This document shows positions 48,130-58,205 of a stretch of 64,000 bases of DNA, piece by piece. Both the position numbers and the translations under genes were made by a program. Position 1 is the first letter of the stretch, and each line of letters starts with the position of its first letter. The notes below the pieces were generated by a model. It searched no databases. It saw only the letters and a list, made by a program, of their open reading frames with translations, and was not told where the DNA came from. Source of the stretch: Takakia lepidozioides (taxonomy: Eukaryota > Plantae > Bryophyta); assembly GCA_030704615.1 (NCBI GenBank), contig CM060733.1, positions 52,204,001-52,268,000 of the forward strand, in the 5' to 3' direction.

Positions 48130-51100
48130 CTCTCACTGAGTACGAGAAGTTCCGAGAGCGCCGGATTGCTGCCATAAAGGAGGTGGAAGCAACGTTCAAG
48201 CAGTCGATAGATGGGTGAGTTTAGTTCCTGACTTTGGATACCCACCCACTAAACTTGCGATTTGCCTTATCCTCTAACCTTCCTACAGCGATCATAAGCT
48301 TCATAGCACAAATGGGGGCGAGTAGCTGCGACTTGTACAAACAGAGAGGCAAACAACATGCAGTGAGTGACGATTAGGTTTGAGGAGGGTGTGTCATTAG
48401 GCGGGAGATGTCCGCCGTCATTCGTGGGCAGCCATTACGTCCTGGTAGGGTGCGGCTGTGGTTCAGCGTAGGCTTAAGAGTATTAGGGTATGTATGCTTA
48501 CATTTGTTTGTGATTGTTTGAGAGGGAGGTCATGGAGGTGTTTGTGCAGGCTTGCGGGAGCGAATCGCCCTCGCAAGCCACGCGCTCCGAAGGAAAAAGC
48601 TAGGGATCAAGGTCCTGCAAGGCAAAGTGCCAGACTGAAGACGATGAAGACTACGATTCTGCATGAGGGCTCTTCTGAGGACGATGAGGACGATCCACTC
48701 CTCCCACGCCAGTGCGAGGCGAGTGAGTGCGTCGTCGGCGGATGCCACGGCAAGCCGAGGAGAACATGCCCATGCTCATGTCGCAGGACAAAAACGCCCA
48801 TCATCTACACTACGAACACCTTCTCCGTCTGTGAGTTATAGTTCTTCACAATGACCATGATTCAAATATGTATGTTTTTGGTAAAATCACGAAGAGATAG
48901 TATGTTTGTGTAAGATCACGAAGAGATAGGGTATGTCTGTCAAGACAGGGAAGTTGGACAATGCAGGGGTCAGCCAAGGCACAATCACAAATGATTTCCA
49001 CTAGACAAGTTGAAGTGCCAAAGGCATGATGTCAGGCCAATGTAGACTTCAGGTGTGTTCAAATTCTTTGCCCCATGAAACCAACGTCCTGGTACTAAGC
49101 TACAATGGCTACTTATAGAGATACTTGGGTTACTTATGCACCCAGAATATCAGTAAAACTTGGAGGGATACTTCTCATGGACCCATCAGGTTTGTCCATT
49201 TGAATTCTTGCTATGGATTTCAGGAACACCCCATACCTAAGAGGGCTCAAAAATGTACTGGGAGGACATCATTGGGGCCAATCAAATTTGGGAGATTTAC
49301 TGCCCAAGATCATACTGAGTTTTGGGTAATCTTGTCTTTACAAATGATATGTGCTTCCAGTTTGTTATATTGAATTCAAGGATTTGCTGCTTGCTGCCTA
49401 TATGTATGTGTAATCACCCACATTGTACTGGGGGAATTTCTTTTCAGGGCAAGCACAAGCGCACTGGATCCACGATCCCTGCTGCTAGCAATGGAGATGG
49501 CGCCCACAAGAACGCAGGAGGTGGCCCTAACTCTCCCAACGTTGTGGGTTCTGTGCCACCAGTACCCCCACCTTATTATGGTATGCCTCAGTACCCACAG
49601 TCTGGCACTCAGTATGGTCAGGGTCAATATGGTGCTCCTCCATATGGGCAGTATGGCCAGTATCCTCCTCCACCATATTTGCCACCCCCTAATAGCTATG
49701 GGGGTGGCAGGCCACCGGAATATCCTCCTGCTTATGGACAGTATGGCCAGTATGGTCCTCGGCCTTCTGGCCAACAGCCATGGCCACCAGTCCCTACTTG
49801 GCAGGATCCTGCTTTGAATTCTCCTGAGCGCACGGAGGTCTCTGAAGGAGGGGAGGGTGCCGTTTCAAAGAATGATAGAACCAATGCTTTAAGGAGGGCT
49901 AATAGCTCAGCCAAAATTGAAGACTGCCAAGGTGAAGGAGAGAGAGAGAATAGCTGCAGGTCTTCCTCCCACGGTGATTTTGACGAACCTCAAAGGAGCC
50001 CCGTATGGTCAGACCCGGAATGTATGGCACGCTGCCCTTAAAGGACAGGCTTATCGCAAGCTAGATTGTTCCCTTGCCATCAACAACCAACCTGATGAAG
50101 TTGTATACGAAATCAGAGATCACCTGGCTAAGCTATTTTCATATACGCCACACAAGTTAAAAGACTTCCACCTAAAACAAACAATTGGCAGAATAATGAA
50201 GAGCCAGCGTTATGAAGCACACACTGCGTGGTTGGGTGGTAAGGGGAAACCCATTACTGTATCTGACGAGGTATGGAACAAGCTTGTAAGTTACTGGCAG
50301 ACAGAGGTGTTCCACAAAGTGTCGGGCAACATGAAGAAGGCAAATGGTGCAATTCTGAATCCTACCAAGACTGGCCGTGGTGGGAAGGCAATGGTGGAAG
50401 CACGCTTGGTAAGTGGCATCATCACGACTCTGTATTTTGTTCCTCATTGAATTGCTATGTGTATATAGTCAGCCCTCACATTGCTTACTGACTTGTGGCA
50501 TGGGTTTGTTTGTGGCATGGATTAATTTGTAGGAAACACTATCAGGGTGCCCTCCTACATTATATGAAATTCAAGAGGGTTCAGTGTCACGGTTGTCAGC
50601 TGGGAGTGACAGGCGGGTAAGTGTGTTTTCCACGTTTGCTAGAGTGGTTGCTGCATCATAGGTTGCTAGGGTTTTTTTCACGGCTTTTGGCCTGGGTTTT
50701 CTTTCCAATGGTTGTTCATGCTAGGTTTTTTGGTTTGATTCATACTTGGGCAAGTTTTCATGGATTGGCAGGAGGGAAGTCTCGCATATTCTACAGTAGT
50801 TGGCAGGATGGATGGCTTGGACAAACTGGTGGAATCACAAGGACGTGACATGGCAGAATTAAAATTACAGATGCAGAGTATGATTGAGTACCAGAAAGCC
50901 ATTGTGACCAGATTGGGGATTAATCTACCAGGCGCAGGACCAGTGACATCTACGATGGATACGTCTGCTGTGACAGTATCAAAATGTTTGGAATCCCAAT
51001 TTCAGACGGTAACTGGTGCTCACTCTAAGCCCTTATGTCTTCCTGTCACTGATGATCTTTTGAATTTGACCGAGCAGCAGCAGCAGGATACAGGGAAGGC

Positions 51101-52706
51101 CAGCTGTGAGGTACACGTGGAAATTCAGCCCTTGCCACGTACAAAGGCAGTAGCAGTCCAGGGGGCAATGGTGACAGAGCCGCCGGGCACACCGGATTCT
51201 GGTATGCAGGTATGTGGGAGTTTAGATGGGGAGGAAGATGCAGACGGGGACAAAACAAACAAGCAGGTTGCTTTAATTTCTCCTGCTCACATGTTGAAGC
51301 CAAATGTCAGTTTACTTCCTGGACCAACGAGGAAGCATTTACTAATTCTGGACTTAAATGGTCTGTTATGTGAATCTTTTCATTCTGCTAATGGGCCTGC
51401 ATCCCTTCCCAAAGGTTTTGTGGGGAAGATGTGTGGCAAGAAGATGGTAGTTTTGAGACCACGCTGTTATGACTTTTTGCAAAAGTGTTTTGAACACTTT
51501 GAGGTGGCGGTGTGGTCTTGTTGCCAAGCTCGCAACTTCTTCCCAATGGTGGACTATATTTTTGCAGCCCACACTAACCTGGTTTTCCAGTGGGATGCCC
51601 TTCACTGTGACGAGGATCCAGTCCTCCCATGCCGTAAGGGGTCTGATTCAAAGCCATTATATTTCAAGAACTTGTCTACAGTGTGGGCAGACTGGCCAGA
51701 ATGGACTTATGAGGACACTGTTCTTGTTGACGACACACCAAGAAAGGCGGCAAACAATCCTCCCTTCAGTGGGATTTTTCCAGAGCCATGGAAGGTGCAA
51801 CCAGATTCACCAACTGATGAGTATCTAACAGAGGTGTTGTGGCCTTTCTTGTGGAAGGCATCGAAAGCTGCCAGTATTCCCAAGTTTTTGGAGTCTCAGC
51901 CTGTTTTCGGACAACAACCATACAACACTGCTACTGTGAAGGTACAAACATTCTGACAGTGCTCCAGAGGCTACAATTTTGTGGGTTCATTCATTGCATT
52001 GCTTTCCTGGATGCTTCTCCTCGGTTGCTTGATTAATGCTAGGTTTTCTTTGCAGCTTTTCATGTTGGCTTTTTTTGTTTGATTCATTACTTGGATTTTG
52101 TTCTATTCACTATTCCTGTTTGCTCATTGCTTTCCTGGTTGTTCTCTGGTCTGTGACACAGGAACTTGTGACAAACAAAGGTGATATTGTCGACAAGCCG
52201 GTACAGACGAGGGGCAAGAGTGTCGACCCGGCGAGTAGCCCCCCAAAAGAGGTCTCACCACCACTGGAGACTGCAAATGGAGTAAGTCCAGGCCGTTGTC
52301 TTGTTTGTTTATTTTTTCCAACCTTGGGGCTCTCTTTAATTCGCAAATGTTGAGTGTCCTAGTCGTGTGTATGTCATGGGTTTTCACATCGTGTTCTTTT
52401 TTGTGTGGAGTTGGGATCACAGTTCAGGGTGGGTGACGAGGTTCGGCTGTTGGATGTGAACTCCAAACGCAAGAAATGTGGAGTAGGGCTGATTGTTGCT
52501 CTTCAAGGTGCTGTGGTGGGTTACGGGTACCCTGCTGTGCCCCTTGATTATGCCTGTGTGTACATCAAAGAGGCATGTGTGTCAGTAACACCCCTCTACC
52601 ATATGTGAATGGTGTTAGGAAACAGACCGAGTTGGGGCAGGTGGTTGGCCAGACAACACTTTGGAGTCTAAAGTTACTGAAACTTATGGAGCTGCGGAAG
52701 GGATAG
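48130..52706 (+). pseudogene. CACTA TnpA-like multi-exon gene: Pro/Tyr/Gly-rich region, Ptta/Transposase_24 region, FCP1/NIF-like HAD domain, C-terminal Tnp1/DUF8039-like domain
   Basis: VWNKLVSYWQT..SGNMKKAN..TGRGG (49917-50450); LLILDLNGLL..LRP..VAVWS..LVDDTPRK..NP (51330-51930); GVGLI..YACVYI..TPLPY..ELGQVVGQTTLW (52422-52706); GT/AG junctions. Confidence 0.75.
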
Positions 52707-53279
52707 TCAGTATTGCACTGTTTAACAGAGTTCTTGATTCTAATAGCACTAGAACATACTAGCTACAACAATTCAGCCCATGTGTGGGCTTGCTTGTTTT
52801 TGGCTGGGCCTTTTGAGGCATGGATTTTTGACCTTGTGGCTTTTGAGGTGTCCATTGGGACATTGGTCTCATTTGGATTTTTGTAATGTGATTTATAGGG
52901 CTTGTATTGCCCTGTAGTTGACTATTTTCATTCTCCTTGTGGTTGATAGTATGCAGGAGGGATCCATTCTGTTTTCATGTTGGAATTTCACCATGTAATG
53001 AAGATTTTAAATCATTTAATTCACTTTCATTTTAAATAATAATATTAAAAAAATCCAAGGCTGCAATCTCCCTGTTCTTTTAAATATTAAATGAAAACTA
53101 AAAAATAAAATATGAACATTAAAAATATAAACTATTTCGGAAAACAATCTTGATGACACGTGGCATCACTCTTGCTCAAACCAGAACACGTGGCAGTATA
53201 TGACACGACATTCTTTATCCATATTTTCACCACGTGTAAAGATCCGTAGTCATATATGCTAGTCATATATTTTGTCTGT

Positions 53280-53600
53280 GTGCCACATGTCACATCTCAA
53301 GTGCAACAGGTGTCCCGCTAACAACTCTCCATGTATGAGCGATCATGTAGTCACCACGTGTGAAATCTGCCATAGCACACGTGTCTCGCTAGCGCCTCTC
53401 CATGTAGGCATCACTGTGCACATGTGTCATATGATCATGGCAAGAAGTCGTGACATATTCGCAGTGGCGCACGTGTCATCGTCGCCTCTCCATGTAGGCA
53501 TCACTTTGCAGACATATAGTCATATGATCCCCTGACGAATGCATGACGTGTCGCTTGTGCAGTGGCGCACGTGTCCCGCTGAAGCCTCTCCATGTAGGCA
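53280..53600. repeat. CACTA subterminal direct repeats (about four units)
   Basis: Recurrent CACGTGTC....GCCTCTCCATGTAGGCA. Confidence 0.8.
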
Positions 53601-53905
53601 GCGCAACAGACAATGTAGTCATATATTAGTCATATAATAGTTGTGACTGCAACCCTCTCTACAGCAGGACTCCAGGTGCCACGCAAGCAGTCACGGATAT
53701 GACTTGCAAAACGCAGTCCTAAAGACTAGTTGCTATGACAGGGATTGTACTACAAACTCTATAGACCAGAGGCTGGGTACAAGAGTAGCCCCATAGTAGT
53801 CGTCGTCTTGCAATCTGTGAATTGAGTAAGGGATCTATGTGTTTGGTCTCATAGTAGCTTGGCCTTGCATTTCTTCTTAGCCTTCCATGGTTGTATCCAC
53901 TCCCA

Positions 53906-54047
53906 CTATCCAATGCAATGCGGACATAACCAATCCCCATCAGGAACCATCTCAAGAGGTGGAGTCAAGCATCCCATATGCAACCTCTAGAGCACGATCA
54001 CACACCAGCATGGTGGCTGCCCCTCTAGCAGACCCACACAACATGCA
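53906..54047 (-). pseudogene. PHD finger at the integrase C-terminus
   Basis: CMLC..ATMLVCDRCSRG(W)HMGCLTPPLEMVPDGDWLCPHC* (C4HC3) after repairing two 1-bp frameshifts. Confidence 0.88.
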
Positions 54048-57000
54048 CCTCAAACTTGCAGGACCACTGCCAGGTTTGGAGTCAATCCTGCCATCAAACA
54101 TTCGGAAGGTGACATGGCGCGCAATACGCACATGGTCCTTCCAAGTCATGCCCATCCCGACCCTCCAAGATCAGGACGCCTAAGGGCAATACCTCTCGAA
54201 CCCTCAAAATAACACGTCATGCAGTCATATCCAGGGTCGTTGGAGCAGTCTGCTCTGGATAAACATAGTCACCAGGGTGAAATCTCCGAACCCCATGACG
54301 ATAGCCCCACACCGTATGGTAGCATACCCAACATATCACGATGTTGTTGTGCAATGACAAGGTTCTCGAAAGCCATGGGCATGACTTTCTTGAACAACTC
54401 CGCACGTTGACCACATGCACGTGCCCACACGTCCGGATTGTCAAGATTGAGGACTACTGCAGCCTCCCTGCGAATAGATGCAGGCAAATCTGGCTCTCGG
54501 CCAAAGAGAAAGAAATAAGGCGAGAACGAGGCAAGTGATGCTTGCTTGCTGAACCTGTAAACCATGGCTAACCAGGGTAGCTGAAGGTCCCAATCTCCAA
54601 GCCATCGGCCTCAGGATGATCCCGAGAAGTGGTGCGGTGGTCTATCAAGGCCTTGTCACACAACGCCTGAAACTCCCCCAAAAACTCTCTCCCTTGATCC
54701 TTGAGTGAGTACCTCAGCTGGAGCACCGAATCGGCTAAGTACACAATCCAAGAATGCATACGCAGCTCCCTCACTAGCCTTATCAAGCAATGGAACCAAC
54801 TCGATCCACTTGGAGAAGTGCTCCACCATCACCAACACGTTCTTGTTGTGGCGCATGGTCAGTGGCAACGGCCCTGCGAAGTCAAGACTCCACATGTAGT
54901 CCAATCCCATGATCGGAAGAGGGTGCAATTGTGGTGTAGGGGCGTTGAATGAAGCACGCACCCTGTCACACACCATGCACCTAGCCACAAATTGTTGCAC
55001 CTCTGTGTGCATACCACGCCACCAATATTGCCCCTGCACTAGACTATGAGTGCGTCGCACCCCAAAATGCCCCAACTCCTCATGGGCATGCCGCACTAAC
55101 CGTGCCCGCCCGTGTGTTGGGTGAGGCACAATCCTCACTCGACCATCCTCCCACACTCGGAGGAGGTGTGTCCCCTCCCATGAACCTCTTGGCTCGTTGT
55201 AGGATCCGATCCCTCTATTGGCAGTCACAGCGGTTGTCGTGTCTCCAGTGCGGAGATATAGTCCAACACAGCTGAATCCTCATGTATATTTGGCGCCACC
55301 TTGCTCATTGCTGGCCTCAGGGTCCTTAGACACTCGGTCTACAGTCATCCCTGTTGTAGGTCCAACCTGGCCTTCCGCTGCCAAGATATACAGAAATGCA
55401 GATGCATGCCATCCGGGCACCATCTCCTCGTCTGTCTCACCATGCCACCGAGCTCCAGTATCATCCTAATGGCTCGTGCATGGATTGCGACTCAACCCAT
55501 CTGCATCCCGATTGACCAAACCCGGTCGATGCAAAACTGAAAGTCATACTCTTGAAGTATGAGTGCCCACCGTGCAAGCTTCCCGTGCTTGTCTGACTCC
55601 ATCACCACTTGAGTGGCTGGTGATCCGTGATAAGAATGAAGAGATTACCGTATAGATAGCACCTGAAGTGTGTCACGGCCCATACTGTAGCTAAACACTC
55701 TCCCTCATATGAGCTATATTTAGCCTCTATAGCGTTGTTCGAGCGGCTAGCATAAGCCACTACGAACTCTTTTCCCTCATTATCCACCTATGTGAGCACC
55801 GCTCCAAGCCCCAGCATGCTCCAATCTGTATGCAGCTGAAAAAGACGCCCCTTGATAGGTCGTCTCAAGATGGGCGCTGAGGTCAACCTCAACCGCGCCT
55901 TGAGCTCTTGAAAAGCTCGTTCTTGCTCATCTGCCCACTGCCACTCTTTGTCCACCTTGTCAGCTTGGTTACGCTTTTGCTATGGCACTAAATCCCTTGA
56001 CAAACCGTCTATAATAGTTTGCCAACCCCATGAAAGCTCGAACTCGGTTCACATCCGTGGGGCGTGGAATCTGTGCAATGGCCTCTACCTTAGTCTGTTG
56101 TACCCCCAATCCTCCAGGATATATCATGTGACCAAGAGACTCAATCTGGTTGTGGAAAAACTTGCACTTCCCCGGATGTAATTTCAATCCGTGCGCCCTC
56201 AAGCGCTCAAATACCACCTGAAGGTGTCTCTCATGCTCCTCCACCGTAGCACTAAAGATGATGATGTCATCTATGTAGCACCGAGCAAACTCCACCCTGC
56301 TAAATCCTGTCTATGACTCTATGAAACTTTGCAGGAGCGTTCTTAAGCCCAAATGGTAAGAACCGCCACGGTATAGGCAATCCTTCCCATGCTCATTGAT
56401 CCCCAGAATGCCGTCTTCTGCTTATCCGCCTCTTGATTGGCAACTGGTGATATCCGGATCGTAAATCCAAAGTGCTAAAGACCTTGCATGCCAATGGCAT
56501 CAAAAATCTCCTCTGGTGTTGGCATGGCATACCTATCGGACTTAGTCTGACGATTTACAGGCCGGTAATCACCGCACATCTCTCTCCGTCCAATTGCCAT
56601 AGACCTCCTTCTTGGCTGGCATCACTGTGGCTGAAGCATACTCTCCTCCAGATAGCTCCACCAAACCAACCTCCCAGAGGTCCTGAGTCCTCATCTGAAT
56701 CAAGGACCTCTCCATGTCAGTGTATCTATAGGGTCTCCGATTGGCGTGTCAGTGGCCAATTCAATGCGAATCTCTTGACCCTTCAGTGCTCCCAAGTCCT
56801 TCAAACTGAAGGCAAAATAGTTCTTGTCAGCCCTCAAGAACCGCCGTATACGTCGTCTCTCTCCTCCGGTGACTATGGGTCCAACATCAGGCTCCCAGTT
56901 GTCCTCCGTGTTGAGTCCAACAGGCTTAGAGGTAGAAGACGTGTCTCGTGGTTGCTATGCTGCAACCTCTTGAGCAGTCACCACAACCTGCTCTATCAGT

Positions 57001-57259
57001 GACAATGCCTCATCCTGCCCCATCATCTCCTCCTTGTCTTCCTCAACCCGAGAAAAATCCCCAACCTCATCCATCACCGCCGCCTTGGTTGCCAACTCCC
57101 TCTGAACCTCAAGCACCTCCCACGTGTGCCATGGATACGGCCTGCACCTCGTGGTCCTCACCTGTTCGCCCCCACTCGCTGCCTGTACCGTCTCGGTAGG
57201 CAGAGAGACCATTGAGGGGAGTGAACTCCGTACTTTGCGCTGCTCAGCCATAGCTAAGC

Positions 57260-58205
57260 TGATAATCCAGGTCAAGCAATTGAGATCCATTGCTTGCCCC
57301 AACACCTGACGACTTGATGCCTCAGAAAGAGATGGCACTGCCGTGGTACCAGTGGTAAAACCCATCGCTTGCTCGCGCTCGTCAGCATTGGGCTCCACTA
57401 ACTGTTGCAACTAGCTATCCTACAAGAGGCCTGGTCCACCATCCCGGAAAGCATGAGATCCTGGAAAGCTGAGCAGTGTAGGCAATGCCGCTCGTGGGTG
57501 ACCCATCTTATTGACCATTGCCAAAGGTGATCGGTCATCGTGTCTCATATGCTGAGACTGCCTCCCTATGTCCAAAATGCTATCCACCGTCAGGTTTGGT
57601 GGCCGCTGCACCCCATCAAATGCACGCTTGAGCAGCGTAGGTGGCATCAAGTTGGTCCACCATAGTTGTGGGCGATGAGCCCGTGACCCCACTGCAGCTG
57701 CATCCAGCAACACTGCTAAACCAGGCCAAGACCGCACTTGATGCACACTGGCCATCACCTTGGCCCGATAATCACCCATCAATGGCACATTCTCCAAGAT
57801 ATATGCCGAGGAGTCTGTCTGCTGAAGCTGTAAATAGCGCAGGACCCTCAACATCTCCCAAAACAGACGTGACCTTGAGTCTTGTAATCCATTGCCATGT
57901 CCGGCTGATGAATGCCCTTGGCAGGGCCAACCTGCCACTACCAAGTGAATAGGGCCAACCCGCTCCAAATCATGCGCCCCCAACAAAGAGATGTCTGCTG
58001 GCAAGGCTTGTTGGTATCCACGAACTGCAGACACTGGCAACAAATCAGGGTACTGCTGCACCAACTGAGCAACATGGCGTAGTGAGACGCATCGTGCAGT
58101 CTCATCCATCTCCACATCCAAGTAACGTCAAACTCGTACACCTGCCTGCAACACTGCAGCCAATCCAGTGTTGATCCCGCCAAACAAGTCCAGAGTGCAT
58201 ATGCC
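57260..58205 (-). pseudogene. DNMT3-type DNA (cytosine-5) methyltransferase domain inside pol
   Basis: Motif I LDLFGGI, IV GWPCQG, SRLFWE, VI YILENV, VIII DAAAVGSRAHRPQLWWTNL, IX/X EREQAMGF..TAVPSLSEAS.RQVLGQAM; only in-frame nonsense codons interrupt it. Confidence 0.92.

Larger units (their letters stand above)
41185..53745. mobile_element. Large CACTA (En/Spm) transposon, autonomous-type; the right terminal ~90 bp is missing or displaced
   Basis: Starts CACTACAAGAGATGAGCG; 41185-41510 is the inverted match of ~28260-28585 and ~53610-53745 the inverted match of ~26170-26310; encodes TnpD and TnpA. Confidence 0.9.

Noticed and set aside
53746-53760. TGTACTACAAAC as a new CACTA terminus or LTR end
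   Set aside because: Similarity to CACTACAA stops after 8 bp and no matching second LTR was found at 61.2-64 kb; the junction remains unexplained (insertion or deletion)
57260-58205. Host DNMT3/DRM gene or bacterial restriction-modification methylase
   Set aside because: Intronless and in frame with the retroviral-type protease and Gag, directly upstream of RT
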